Source: Podarcis filfolensis (taxonomy: Eukaryota). Taken from it: a stretch of 64,000 nt of DNA. This document shows positions 24,291-38,279 of this stretch, piece after piece. Every line of letters starts with the position of its first letter. Position 1 is the stretch's first letter. The position numbers were made by a program, and so were the translations under genes. The notes below the pieces were generated by a model. The model made no database searches. It worked only from the letters and a program-made list of their open reading frames with translations, and was not told the origin of the DNA. The DNA is taken from NCBI GenBank assembly GCA_964270895.1, contig OZ185443.1, one strand, 5' to 3'.

Positions 24291-27200
24291 CAGAGGTAGT
24301 GGGAGTGCACCGGATGCAGAGTAAACAGGAGTGTGCACACAGTCTAGGGGTGCTCTTAGTCCATAACCTATCCATAATAATGGCAATCCTTTGCTTTCGA
24401 AAAATTTCAGCCTATAAATCACATCTCCAACATGGCACAGATAACCTCTTACATTGGCTCTGCAGTGTTAAGGCCACAGACTTAAATACATTCTTCATAT
24501 TGAATTGGTTATACTACATACATAGTTAGCTTCATGTTTGTTTTTCCAAACCCACTGAATAGCCTTTTCAACAAAAAGTGGCTGCAGAACAAGCCACAGG
24601 CCTATGTTATACACTGGAGGGGCGGGCTTAGCCTGGTGGCCCAAGCCCACTCATAATTCACTGATTTGGCAAGCAGGTGGGACCAATTACCCAGACAGCA
24701 AGCTCAGCCCAGAGGCTTCCTTTGCTGCCTGGGAAACTGTCCCTGCGACATCCCACACCGAATCCCGGAGCATAGGAAAATTCCAGGCTGCAATGGCACC
24801 CACCAGAGAGGGTTAGCGAACTTTTAGAAAATTCAAACTTTAGGTATTGGCAGTGGGGTAGGGAGCAATTTTAACTGCTAAAACTTTCAGATGATTTACC
24901 CCAAGGACTATTTCTCAGATCATGGGTCTTCTGTAGTTTGAGATACAGTTTAATCTTCAGCAAATGAGAATCCCAGGGATTTTCCCCTCTTTGGCTTCTC
25001 GAAAGTCTCAAAGAAATCCATGCTTTCTCTCATATCTATTCCATTGGTGCCGCTTCCACCTCTACCTAATACGCTGTCAGATTCCGAAAACCTATCTCTT
25101 AAGCATTATGCAATGAATAACCACTGTATATGCAAACACCAGAGAAATGTGCTTTCATTTTAGCATTGCGGTAATTTACATAGCAAATATGATCCCCCTA
25201 TAAATGACTTCTTGTCAAGCTCTTTACATTTGATCAGGTGAAGGATCCCTTTATCGAAACTGAGAAAGCAAAGGGGGGGAAGGGGGGAGGCAATTTGACA
25301 TGTCTTTATGCTTCTATTTTGAAGGTCTGTGAAATTCATATTCAAACTGCAATATTTCCAAATGGTTTCTTCTTTCTATGATGGATTTCTTTGGTATTTG
25401 GACACCTATCTTACTCCTCCAGGGTAAGATCTGAATTTTCACTGCCTCTGGAAACTCGGAATGCCTGTCTTTCACAGCATTAACCATAGAAAGTTCTTTT
25501 AAAAATAAAAAAAGCACTTACGACTTGACAAAATGCATTAGTGGTGAGAACTGACAAGAATTTGTACTTGTGGTAGCTTGGAGAACTTGTAAAGCTTCTA
25601 TTTCTTTCTATTATAAAATATTTCCCCCATTCACATTGGTCTACAGCCAAGTATCGTCTCATCATTTAACAGGTACATTGACAAGATTGAGCTTAAATCA
25701 CATCTTTGTCTACATATATTACCACAAAAAGAACCTTTTATGCATTAAAGTGACAAAGAGAGACTGATTTAAACCCCTAAAGCAAGAAAATGCAGTTAAA
25801 GATACCACAAGGAATAACTTTTCTCTTTCAGCACAACATTCAGAGGAATCTAAAAATCACTGACTGAACACAGTGTACCCAATAAACTGCATTGCCCTCC
25901 TCTGTTGTTTTTCCAGTGCAGAAGAACGACTTTTAATCCCTAACTTCTTTGTCTTTTAGAATCTTATTTTAAAATGCACCATGTCATAAATGCTAAGACA
26001 GAAATGGTCAATGCAGTCCTCAGCTTGAGTCATTTTTTCTGAAATGCCCAGCAAAAGGCCACAATAAATGCATTTAGGGTCAAACAGCATTAGCAGTCAT
26101 CCTAAACTACTTGCATGAGTAATTATTTCTAAATGAGATGTTGCAGATATTATTTCATTCCTGTCTAAGGTGTTTCTTATGTTAAATTAGTATTAAAATT
26201 GATTACTTATTATTTTCTGGCCTCTAAATCTTGGAAGTTCCAATTCACACTCATGGGAAGGGAATTCTTAAATAGCTAAGAGATCTTTTAGGGATGTTAT
26301 CATACTAGGGGAACTTATTTTAATTAAAATGTTTTTATTAGGTTTTAAAAAAAACTTCTTGCTTAAAATAACTTCTTAGTTTCCAGTTTGTATCTTGGAA
26401 TTTTATATGGAAATTCTACCTGAAAGTTGCCAGGCCAATGGCTTGTACAATACAGGGAATAATAATTCACCCACATGTATTGGTAGTTAAAAACCACAGG
26501 CAACAAGTCTGTACTACCAAAGCAGCTGCTTTGAGGGTGGGCAGAATAAAAAGTCCCATTACATGTGTTGAATATTTCTATATGCTTCACAATACTGTGC
26601 TATATCAAATATATATATATAGTGAACTATCAGGAAAGTCAAACTGAATGAAACATTAAATTCTCTCCAACCCATTCACCCTCACAAAGTATACTTGAAA
26701 GGAATTAAAAACAATATCTGCCCTCCCACCACAGAACATAGGCTTATCAGAGCATATAGAATATCCCCCTCTACACACCTGCCACTGGGGATATCAGAAA
26801 ATTCCAATGAAAATGGAAAAGGAAATTGCTGCAGTCAAGTGGACACAACTGGCATTTGTTCACTGGTAAAATACAAAGTCTACAAACTATGTAATTACTT
26901 ATCTTTCATAGTTTTGATGTTCCCTTTACATTGAAATGAATTTAAGTTATGTAAGTTACATAAATAGTTATGTAACTTATATTAAGTAGTGGACAACCAG
27001 ACAAAAAACATAATATTTGGCAGAAACTGGACTGCAGTGGAATGGAAACAGCACCAATTGCAAAAAATGCAGGTTCAAAGAGAAATCACTGCCTTCTTAT
27101 GTCACTATCTACAGCAAAATAGCCCACCTAACATGGGTAGGTTTCCTGGTAAACTGGAACATGCAGGGGTTGAATTCACAGAGGCAGGCTACCTGCGTTC

Positions 27201-30115
27201 AACAGGCTGCCCTCTGCGTTAAATGTTTGAATAGCATTAGGGTGGGGCTGATGTGGGGTGCAACAGTGATCCTTCCTCCCTGAAATGGACACTCTTGCAT
27301 GTTTCGGAACACCTAAATAAGTCATATGGCAATTTATGGCTCTCTGATTAGGTTTTCCATGCAAATATATTTTGGGGGACCACCTGGGATGGTTTATGTG
27401 GTGGTTTGGGTCTGAGAAAGTCTGAGGAAGAAACCCTGCACTAAATACATCTTTAATTTGACTCTCTGAAATCCAAAGCCTGTATGTCTTCTGTGCTGAA
27501 TTACCTTGGTATGTTTCTGACTACCTAATGCCAGTAAAAAGGGAAGTTTTCCCCCTCTAAGCAAACCTTTTTAGATGTTAGATATCGTTTTTCCACCCAT
27601 TAAGTGATAGATTTGAAGATCTAAAAAAGAACTGAAGAAGTGGCAGAATCAAACATCTGTTGGACTAAGTATGTAAATTATAAAGTTGAGACTCAGAACT
27701 GGAAGACCTTAAGTCAGAGTACTGGTATATCAAGAAGCTGATGAAAGCTGTTCTCACCATTAAGAAGGCTGCTGATTTCATCTGTGACATTTTTAGCCTT
27801 CAGAAGTCTACTGATTTTTTCCCTGTGAGATCAAAGAAAATGCATTCAGATTTGCATATGGTTTCAGAGTCTATTTCTTTGCTTTCTTCCCCTTTCTCCG
27901 TTTGCATCACTCCTACTTCCCAACTTCAAACACTGCAAAACACTGAAATCTTAACTATAAAGAGTGAAACAAACAAGAGACTAACCCTGCATTTCAGATA
28001 GATAAAAGGTCCACTGAAATTTATGTGAAGTATTTGGTTGTCGCTATTGCTGTTGTTTTTTTAAAAAAAGAATTATGTGTCAAAAATAAGAAAATCTGAC
28101 TCTTTTTGAGAAAGGTCAGATATTTATTCACCCAAATGCAACCAAAGATGTAAGTATGGTTTCTTAAATGAAATCAATGACTTCCCAGTGGTGTCATCCA
28201 TTCAGACAACCTCTTCTAAACTTCTAAAACCACATTCTGACTTATGGGTAGAACTTGGGAGGTGGAACCATAAAAGACAGAGGCAATGTAGGGCAACATG
28301 TGCTAAATAGAGTCTGGTTGTTAATGTCATCCCAGTTGCTGGACTGGTTTGGTCACCCAAAGCCCGTGAGACCTGTTATGCATGCCCACAGATGAGGTTT
28401 TCAGGTTGCCCCATCCAGCTATGGCCCCCTCAATTTTGTTGAAGAGGGGCCAGGCCCCCTCAATGTTCAGAGGGCCCTGCACACAGTGCGTGCACATGCC
28501 ATCGTGTGTGTTAGTGTCTCAGCTTCAGCAGCCAGCTTCTCCAGATGACGCATCCCGGTCCTCCTCTGGTACATAAAATAACCCAGAACCTAGAAATGCT
28601 GTTAAGAGAGTGAAGAAGGGAAATTCAAGAAACAAGGGCCAGTCAGATGACTTCTTCAACATGTTGACCAACAAGTAAGGTCCATAGCAAATATATAATG
28701 CTGTACACACATACATTTCAAACAAACTCTAACACAATAGGGTGGGTGGGAAGACATCAGGAAATAATGTCTATGGTCTGAGGACAGATCACACAAGAGC
28801 AGTCTCTTGTGGTCACCACCTGCCTTGACCTATCTCATCACAGTCAACAAAAAATTATAACACCAGCCAATAGAACCAAATATTTAGAGTTCCGTGAAAG
28901 CCTCCTGCAACTGCTTCAAGCCAGAGGTCTGGTTCCTTTAGGTGCAGATTTAGGACAGCACATCTGGTTTTGCCATACTGGATGCAAAGCCTAGGGAACA
29001 CCTCAAGATATCACAATTGTGATGTAGTGAATTGAGCAGAACAGAAGGCGAATCATGGGAAAGTGCCAAATTTTGGCCTTGCACATGGCACACTGAAATA
29101 TGAAAGACCAAAGTCCTCCTGTGGTCAAAAGTTGGCCCAAAAAGTTGGGCCAAAAAACTGGACCAACACTATAGACTCTGAAATGACTTTCAAATGACTA
29201 TGGCTATGCAGTGAAAATAGTATGCTATCCTCTCTGCATGTAATAGCTGTGGGAATTGGTCTTGCTGTGGGAGATAACCAAACAATCCTGAACAACACTG
29301 GCATTGCATAACACAGCAGAGAAATGGATGAACTCCCCAATTTTCCCTTGGATTTATCCAAAAGTGAACTAATTTATTTTTCTGCATACCATTGTTAATT
29401 TCCTGAGCCAATATGAGCAGCTTGGAGAATGAATTACATTACCATTGTTCTTGCTAGCCCCCAAAGCCCACTCCCTTCCATTCCCTTTACTTATTTACAT
29501 TCAGTTGACAACATTGGTAGCAGGGTGGAAAGCAAAGAGCATTTTCCTTCCTCAACCCTTCTTTTTTGTCACCCTGATGCACTGAGACTTAACAGAGCAG
29601 TGACTCTTGGGACTTGGAGTCTTCATGAGGGGTGAGTAGAAGATCCAAGAGCTATGGGTATGACATATTTACGGTAACAGTAGAACTGAGTCAAACTTTC
29701 TCAGAAAACATTTATCAGAGAAAATGCATGGGATTTAATTTCTTTTGCAGCATCCCAAAAAAAGAAAGCATTGTAGGCTTGTCTCTAAATATTCTCCACT
29801 AATCTTTTTGTTGCAGACACCATTCTTCCCCTTCCTAATGCCCTGGAACAACACTAGGTTGGGTGGCTAGGCTGCTGACACAGTAAGGAGGGAAAGAAAT
29901 AAACTGTGTTACTACAGCTGCTGCTGATGAGTCCCGCTCCTAAAACATTGTTGTTGATTTTCTCCTCTCATTTGGTGGAATGGTCTGGCCAATTTCCCTG
30001 CCCACAGATGTGGTGGAGGATGGCAAGGGGCTATTCTGCAGCATGTTAGGACAATGGTGAAGAAGGGAAAAGAAGAGGTGGGGCCTTGCTTTGACCCACA
30101 CTCTGTTGCTGCTAA

Positions 30116-30252
30116 GTGGATAGCTCAGTTGGCTAGAGCATGGTGTTGATAAATCCAAGGTTGCATGTTTGATCCCTGTATGCCTGTATTACAGAGGATT
30201 GGACTAGATGATCCTCAGCATCTATTCCAACTCTACAATTCTCTGATTCTAT
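30116..30252 (+). mobile_element. Short SINE with tRNA-Ile-like head fused to a CR1 3' tail
   Basis: tagctcagttggctagagcatggtgttgataaatccaaggttgcatgtttgatccctgta follows the vertebrate tRNA-Ile backbone; then ggattggactagatgatcctcag..ttccaactctacaattctctgattctat, the CR1 3' end. Confidence 0.8.
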
Positions 30253-32443
30253 ACTGTGTTCTGTATACATGTTAAATTATACTTGTGGGAAGTAGGTTGG
30301 GGGCTGTGGGGAAAAGAAGTCGGGAACCCAGCCAGGCTGTTGATATGAGCTGGAAAAGAGCACAGTGAATTCAAGGGGTTCCGAAATTTTCACATCCATT
30401 GGGGTGCCTTTGTGAAAACTCCAAAGGTTTGTTTCTGAGCCAGGCTTGGGAAAATGCTTATGACAACACTACTGGCTCTCCAGATGTGACCCATCACCCC
30501 CCGGATGTTGTTGGACTTCCATCAGCCTCCTCCAGAATGGATCAAGGACAATGAGATTTGCTGTCCAACCAGCTCTGGAGGGCCACAGGTTCCCCTGCCC
30601 AGACTTTCAAGCTTGGGATACACTGCAACATTGTGTTGAGAGTCCCCTCTTGTTCTAATATTAATGTGGCTCTGGTGTGATATTGTGATTGAACCTGCCC
30701 TTCCAAGATTTGGTGATTAAGGACTAGTCATGGAATCAATAGTGGCTCTATACCTATGCACCACAACCTTTGACTGCAACCTTAGGATTATTTAGATTGT
30801 TCAATATCTGTAAACTTTTACAAAGTAATTTTATTTTAGATGCTTAGAAATATGAATTCATTCAAAGCAGCTCAAATACCACATATTATAAATATAGGCC
30901 ACAGTCCAACTAAAATTGGTGACAGGGATCACAGCAAGCAATGGAAGTTAAATTAGTTGTGACTAACTTGTCCCATCAGTTTAAGTGGGATTTAGACCAA
31001 TTATAACTGGTTCAGGACCAGGATGAAGATGTTTGGGTAATATAACTTTGATGAGTTACTGCTTCTTCTTGTTGTTGCTTTCTCTGTATATTATTAACTG
31101 CACTTCTCTGCTTTTGATTATTCTTTTATAGTTATAAATAAATATACTAATTCCATGGAACATTGGAGCAATGCTGATCACCTTTCAAGATTTTGGACTA
31201 AGATTTCCAGTTACTGTAGAACTATCAATTATTTAAATAATAGCTTCGAAAGGCTCTTTAGGGAATTCTTGACTTTATAATTGTACAATTTAAGCAAAAT
31301 TTTATCATGATTATGCTATATATATGAAATGATGATTTTGTATAAAACAGTCACATTGCCATCTACTGACAATGCTTTAGAAAAACTGCTATTTGGTGTG
31401 CAAAAAAACCCCTATGTATTGGCGTGCACGCACACACACAATCTAACTATGCACTACTGATTCAACCCTGTCCATGTAATAGTTCAGAGAAAAAGGCATT
31501 AACTATACGCTGTTCAATATATCTGCTTGTGATAATCCTGGTCTCAGGCAATCCATTTCCATCCATTCAGGGTCTCACCTTTATATATTGCAGTTAGACA
31601 CATGTATTAATTACACTGTATGTCAAAGGAGCAAAAGCAGGTTTTAGTCACTTAACTGTGGAAGCGTATATTAATAAGTCTAGGTTGCATGTACAGTACA
31701 CAAGGGCTTGCTAATAGGATTTTCATAATACTAGCATTTATCTCACCATATATTTTATATAATACCAATCACTCTGCAACCATAGCATTGTTATTACGTT
31801 AAGTGAAAAATGGGATTTCAGGTTAAGGATATATATTACGGATTAAAAACAGCAAATGCAGCCAAGGTGTGTGCTTTTATATTTAAGGGCATTTGTTTTC
31901 ATCCCTTTGCTTAAGAATGTTGAGGCCTGAACCTTGAATACAGCAGTGTATCCTGCTGCTTTAAACAAAATCTAAGCCTTTTCCATGTCATCTTACTAGG
32001 CTGGAGTCTGTAGATCCTGCAGTGGCCTTTGGGTGAACCAAAGCAGTTTGCGCTTGCTTGCTTGCTTGCTCTCTCTCTCTCTCTCCACAGCAGACACATC
32101 ATGTTTCAGTTTGTATTTGTTAACTGTTTTCTCTCCTGTGGCTACTGATAGCATTAATCTTATGCACAAGCTAGGCATCACTTTCGCCACTTGCAATTCT
32201 TTTTGCCTGCTCCCCCCCCCCCCCTTGTCTGCTGCTCCACAGGAGTTGTATGAGCTTACTTCTTGTGCATAAAGCTCTTAAACGTGTTCTCATGCACTGT
32301 ATAATCTTTAATAATGCAGTCCTGCAGGCAGGCTCCTTTGGAACAAATGGAATTGTAGATATAAAACATCAAAGGGCTACCTCTGTCAGTTGTATTCAGA
32401 GTATGTTTCTATGATTTGCACAAGACTAGTAAATAGGTACTGG

Positions 32444-32616
32444 CAGTGCTTTTTTATTTTAAAAATGTTTAGGGGTACTCTCATTTTGACTCAAGAAAAT
32501 CACAATCGTATAGTTCAAATTGGGGAAAATGAATACAGTAAATGGACAAAAGTACAAAGCTTCAAAAAATGTTTAGAGGTATGCATACCCCTGCATCTCC
32601 CCAGAAAAAAGCTCTG
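32444..32616. mobile_element. hAT-type MITE, 173 bp
   Basis: TIR CAGTGCTTTTTT / AAAAAAGCTCTG; 8-bp TSD GGTACTGG (32436-32443) / GGTACTGA (32617-32624). Confidence 0.85.
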
Positions 32617-32940
32617 GGTACTGAAAGAAGGATGTGCCAACAGCTTCATTGGTGCAGGATCCCTAAACAAGTTAACATTGCAACGGGGTTAACATAAATA
32701 AATATTTAGGATCAGAATGCAATGGGCAGTGGAAATTTTTAGGATCCACAGTATCATAGCCTCTGCACTCTATAATAATTTTCAGTGAGGTTTGTAGCAG
32801 TACTGGGCCACAGTTGAGCTGAGCCACAATTTTGTCCAAAACTGCTACCTTTCAGTCATGTGATTCTTGCTTTGGTTATGGACTCAAGTTATTGTAGCAC
32901 ATTTCAGAAATCACTGTTGAGCATCTCAAGTGGTTAGAAA

Positions 32941-33098
32941 CAGTGGCGTAGCGTGGGGGGTGCAGGGGGGGCGGGCTGCACCGGGCGCAACATCTGGGGT
33001 TAGGGCAAATCCATGGGTTAGGGGGCGCAAATCCACGGGTTAGGGGGCGCAAATTACTTGCCTTGCCCCGGGTGCTGACAACCCACGCTACGCCACTG
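32941..33098. mobile_element. Young hAT-type MITE, 158 bp, GC-rich
   Basis: Perfect 17-bp TIR CAGTGGCGTAGCGTGGG / CCCACGCTACGCCACTG; perfect 8-bp TSD GTTAGAAA (32933-32940, 33099-33106); CpGs retained. Confidence 0.95.
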
Positions 33099-33994
33099 GT
33101 TAGAAATACAGTTCTAGGTTTAATAGGCTGATTCTCTAAAACCTTTCTTACCTCTGGGTCAAAAATATTCAATGCACATCCTCTAGTTTTCTTTTACTAC
33201 CTAGAATTGGTTAATATTTTAGGTTTTGTTCTACCTACGATTGGTTTGTATTTTATGGAGATAGCCTTAAGCACCGAAGCATTTGATTTTTATCTTTTTC
33301 TCTGGATTTATACAACTGTTTAAATCTTTTTAGAGGTATTGAGCCATGCCTAATTATTCCTTGCTCACTGATACATCTGTAATAACTAGAATGGCTGGAT
33401 GTCGAGATGGAATGATTAGTATGCATACAGTAGGAACAAGGAAGCCATCAGGAGATAATATAGTGTTTTGTTAAAATTCATTGTCTCTACAGGTGACACA
33501 ACAGCCAGATTTAAAAAGGTGGAAATTGCAGTCTTCCTTTCATACCCAATAGTTGTTGGCATTTACAGGCCATCCCTGAAACTGAGCCCTATGGCAATTC
33601 AAATGAGCACAGAATAAAATATTATGGCAGGGGGTTACCCTTCATTGGAAATCAATGAAAAGTAGTCATGATTTTTTCCCCCTAGAAAATTAGTACATAA
33701 ACAAAGTAAATAAAAATGCATTAACTTGGAGCTCCTAAAATCACCCATCATGAGTTTTTTGAACCAAAGCATGCTAATGGAGCTTGAGTAAAAATCATTT
33801 ATTTTTGCAAGCCCTCAAGGGCAAAATCATTTATTTAAGCACCAGCATAAAGCTGTTGTTCTCCCCCAATTCCAAAGGGCTCAATGTGTGGCCCAAGAGT
33901 TTATCATTTTCTTCAGTATTAAATCACTAAATGCCATTGTACATATGATATACCACCCCAGAGCTGAGTCTGGAAGTTCTAATATCTGATGATG

Positions 33995-34185
33995 GGAATA
34001 GCTGTAGTTCAGTGGTAAAACATATCCTTTGCATACAAAAAGATACTTGTTTAAACCTCCAACATCACCAGGTAGGACTGGTAATAACCTCTGCCTTAAA
34101 ACATAGAGAGCAGTTGCGAGACTACTGAGCTAGGTGGATTGATGAATTGACTTGGTTTAAGGCAGCTGGGTGGATACACTTTGTC
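33995..34185 (+). mobile_element. Degenerate tRNA-derived SINE (11496 family)
   Basis: gctgtagttcagtggtaaaacatatcctttgcatac..aacatcaccaggtaggactgg..actgagctaggtggattgatgaattgacttggtttaaggcagct. Confidence 0.6.
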
Positions 34186-35289
34186 CCTATTGCTTGACAA
34201 AGGCTGGGAAAGGCTAGACCTTCACATACAAGATGACTATTATACAAGCAAGCAGCAGTAGCTAGTGTGGTGGGACTGAACCATAGAGCTGACATGGATG
34301 GAGCGGAGCAGGAGTGCATGGGTGCATCAGCAGACCCAATCCAGGGCTCCTATTGGTGTATCCACCCAGTCCTGATGTCACCACTATCCTGCCCCAGACC
34401 AGCCCCATGGGTAGAGAGGCTGCTGCTGTAGTCAAGATGGTCATAGCATCTTGATTCAGGGTGTATCTCGTTCCACGTATTGTTTTGTAAAGAGCAAATT
34501 TGGTGGGTTCATCTTTAAACATGAGCTGAGCTGAATTTTTCCCCAGCCCTCACACACTCAGATAACTTCTGAAAGAGCCTACACACATAAAAATAGTACC
34601 CTGCGGATCTGTGTTTACTGTTCCTAGACACATAAGCTCCATTTACTTCAGAGTGTGTGGTTAGCTTGAGTTGTCTCTCCCCCACCCCATTTTTATTTAT
34701 TATATCTGCAAGATTCACTAAAACACCTCATTGCGCCATTCCTCTTTTTTATTTCATCTACCCAAGCTATAGATATAGAACATACTTGCAAACACAATGA
34801 AGAATATAACCACATTTCCTGAAAAGACCTAAGGTCTTGTTTGGCATTTGGGGAATTTGCCTCACATCTTCCCTATTTCCTTTTATCTTTTAAATGTTGC
34901 CCCTAGAAGATTTGCTTTACTCAAGAATGGTAAACAAAGAAAATAATCTGCATGGCTGTTTGGAGCTGCACCTCCAGCTATTCAGTTATGAGACGTTTCC
35001 TTGTAGCTGTTATGTTGTAAATCCTTTACAACCATTCATTCTTAAGTGCTTTCCAACTGGTATTCTTCAGAGGATCATCATTGGTCGATAGGAGATTTGG
35101 AGCATGAAAGGGAAGGTTATCTGCTGATATTTTACAACTGTGTTCCCAGCTATAATTGCACCTTTTAGAGCTTCCCTCAACCCAAACAAGCCTTACAGTA
35201 TTTCTGACACACACACACAAAACACACTGGAAAAAGTCACTTACAAAAAAAGACAATCTAGAGCAAAAGAGTGTACTGAAAAGAAACAA

Positions 35290-35640
35290 AAAATCTGATT
35301 AGTGCTAGTGCTTCTGTCTCATTTTCTAATGCTCCTTTCACACGGCAGTACCTGTTGTATCATGGAACTGTGGCTTTTTTACAGGCATACCAGTATATCA
35401 AGCAAAATTTCATTCACACCAGTGAGCATAGTCTGACACAATAATGGACATCATTGGACAATGTCACTACTTCCCCACATTTTCTGCATGTATGTGCTCC
35501 TCTTCCCCCATGATTCCCCCATGAAAACAGCAGGAAAGAACTGATGCCAGTATACCACCCCAAAATTCCTCACTTTACTGCCATGATTTTCTGGGTTAAG
35601 GGGGCTGCAAATAGATTTTTTTTTTAAATTAGAATCAAAG
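35290..35640 (-). repeat. Old dispersed repeat, inverted partner of 38280-38620
   Basis: Both copies share cccttaacc c(t/a)gaaaatcatgg(a/c)agt (PLNPENHGS in both ORF-track translations) plus flanking similarity. Family not identified. Confidence 0.5.
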
Positions 35641-37145
35641 CACATAGAAATAAGTGCTAAAAAAGCAGCTACATTCTCTTAGTTTTCCAGAAGTGTCTTT
35701 TACTTCATGTGAAAGCTAGAAATAATAATAATGTGGAAATTAACTGTCAGGAAAATGGAATAAACTGCAGTATGAATGCAACCTAAGGATGGTGGAATCC
35801 TTCTGCAAAAACTCACCAGCTGAGGGGCTACTGAACCTTTGTCACAGGGCGGGCTGTGTGTTCTCTATGCAGGATCCCTTCCCAAGGAGTTCTGTGGGTG
35901 CTGTGTTTTGAGTTGTCTCCTTCCTCCCCTTTGTTTGTGGTGTGATTCTAAAACAGTGGTGGTGATTTAAATCCCTGTCTGGAAGGAAGCTTGGGGAGTG
36001 GAAGTAGTGAGGTTGCTATGCCATTGAGGCTGAGGGTATGGGGATCCTCTGGTGTCACTGAGTGTGTTATGATGCCAAGGAATATGTGCTAGTGGTGTGT
36101 CACCATCATACTGAGTTCATTGCTTCTTGCCATGTGTGAATAGCATGTGGATGTCACCACTGGAACAGTTTCTGTTTGGTGGGTGCTGGCAGTATGCAGT
36201 GGGTATGACTATTGTTTTCCTGTCGTTTTTGTATGTCTCAGCTGAGCAAATTTATTTACTTATTTATTTTATTTCATAAAATTTATATACTGCTTGATTG
36301 TAAAAAAACAACAACAACCAAACCTCAGTGCAGTTTACAAAAGATAAAACAGCAGAATCTAGAAAAGAATTAAAATATAGAAAGGATAAAATACTAAAAC
36401 AGATTAAAAGAGGATTCGACATAGTGATGCAGCACAATGTAAGTGTAGGATTTCTCAGACCACAGCTGATCAGTTTCCAGATGATGAGTGCTTCGGATGA
36501 TGCAAAATAGCATAATGGTTCATTGCAAGCATTGTTATCTGCTGCATTGTGTGGGTGTCAAAGTAACACAACTGTTACACATGATCAGCCAACTGTAGTA
36601 AATTTATCACTGCACCTTTCCACAGAACAGTAATGGGGATGCGTGGGGGCTTAAGCACTCTATCCTACAAGTTTTCACTGCCTTCACCTCCACCTGGTGG
36701 CACCTAAACTATGCATATCAGATATTATAGTAAAGGGTTAGAACAGAATAGCACCTGGAATGCAAACTCATAGGGACATATTTCTCTATAATAGAACCAT
36801 CTATCCATTTGGAAATACATATCGGAATTCACCTTGTAGAAGAATATAAGCAAATATTTGATATGGCAGCAAGACATTTACACCTAATCTCTTACAAGAA
36901 TTAGAACTACCTCATCATTAGCAGCTGCCAAAGAAGTAGAAAAATGGAAGAAAAATCCTTGAGTCACATCAGAAAAAAAGTAATAGGTACCATTCTCTTC
37001 TGTCTCAAAATTCGGCAACATTGTGAGTCCTCTTTACTGGCAGAAATATTATTGTGCTGATGCAATGATTTACTAACCAGGAAAGGCGGATCCTGTATTT
37101 TCCCTGTATAAAGTGATATTATAGTGTGTAAAGTGTGGCTGACAC

Positions 37146-37275
37146 GTAAGAAGAGCCCTGCTGGATCAGATCAAAAGGTCCCTCTAGCCCAGTTTTCACA
37201 GTGACCAACTAGATAACACTGGAAAGTCTACAAATCTACATAATAACCTTCCCCAACTGTTGTCCCCAACAACTA
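37146..37275 (-). mobile_element. Older CR1-clade LINE 3' UTR fragment
   Basis: gtaagaagagccctgctggatcagatcaaaaggtccctctagcccag..cacagtgaccaactagat. Confidence 0.7.
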
Positions 37276-37825
37276 ATGCTTGAATGCCTCAGAACACAAA
37301 GTTTCAGGTGCCTTTTGTTGGGAGATTCCATTCCACCTTTTGTTGCAGATATGTGGGGTTGTTACATGTCACATGTCTGTTTACATTCCAGCACAGACTG
37401 CTGGGTCCTGTGAGCGGAACTTCCGCTCTGTGTATTGCTTTTGTTTTGAGTCTCTCTCTGAGAAGATGGCAAGGAGAGACAACATGTTTCTTTGTTCTGA
37501 TTTATGTAAAATAAATCTGTAGTTTTAGTATATATCCACAACCTCAAGCTCTTCTGTTGTGCAGTTTACTCTGCTAAGTAAAGTGTGCTCAAGTCAGCAG
37601 GCTTGAGTCACTGATTTACATCGGAGCCAGAGGTCAATGTATCTCCGCAGCGGCAAGGCTGAGAGGGAGATGATCCAGCTGGGGCCAAGCCAGTTGGCCT
37701 ATCAACCCCCAGATGCCGACATCTTTAAATACCTGGTTCCAACTTTTCAGACACACATTTATAGAGCTATACTTTATGGGTTTGCTGTAGGAAGCAGTTG
37801 TATAATCAGCAGCTCTTAGTGGAGT

Positions 37826-38094
37826 GAAGAAGAAGAAGAAGAAGAAGAAGAAGAAGAAGAAGAAGAAGAAGAGTTTGTACTTGATATCCCACCTTTCACT
37901 CCCTTTAAGGAGTCTCAAAGCGGCTAACTATCTCCTTTCCCTTCCTTCCCCACAACAAACACTCTGTGAGGTGAGTGAGGCTGAGAGACTTCAGAGAAGT
38001 TTGACTAGCCCAAGGTCACCCAGCAGCTGCATGTGGAGGAGCGGAGACGCGAACCCAGTTCACCAGACCACTCTTAACCACTACACCATGCTGG
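37826..38094 (-). mobile_element. CORE/Ther1(MIR)-derived SINE (Squam3-like) with (TTC)n tail
   Basis: Minus strand: ccagcatggtgtagtggttaagagtggt (A box)..tgggttcgcgtctcc (B box)..gcagctgctgggtgaccttgggctagtca (CORE-like)..ttagccgctttgagactcctt..gggatatcaa, then (TTC)n at 37826-37870. Confidence 0.85.
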
Positions 38095-38279
38095 TGAAGG
38101 AAGGATGGTTCTGCTCACCGGACTTCCAATGCTGAGCGTCGCTGCTGGATATCAAAAGGGGGAGAAGGGAGGCATGGGGAGCTCAGTGTGGTGAAGGCAT
38201 GGCAGCGGATCCAATCCAAGGCTTCTGCTACCACGTCCACACAGTGCTGAGCTCCCTTGGCTTCCCCACTATCCTTCGG

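Noticed and set aside
27690-27880. Protein-like stretch SELEDLKSEYWYIKKLMKAVLTIKKAADFICDIFSLQK, considered as a decayed hAT dimerisation domain
   Set aside because: Key residues (YP, CE.xFS spacing, RNRL) are not present and there is no acceptor; indistinguishable from chance without an HMM search.
28585-28678. GQSDDFFNMLTNK resembling a GoLoco motif start, with a GTAAGG donor
   Set aside because: No polypyrimidine acceptor upstream and no partner exon carrying the Q..R.DDQR half of the motif.
34262-34522. DEPTKFALYK resembling RASSF-type RA-domain segments
   Set aside because: In-frame stop just upstream, weak acceptor, and no further similarity.
37824-38135. Poly-Lys / poly-Phe ORFs
   Set aside because: Translations of the (GAA)n tail of a SINE.
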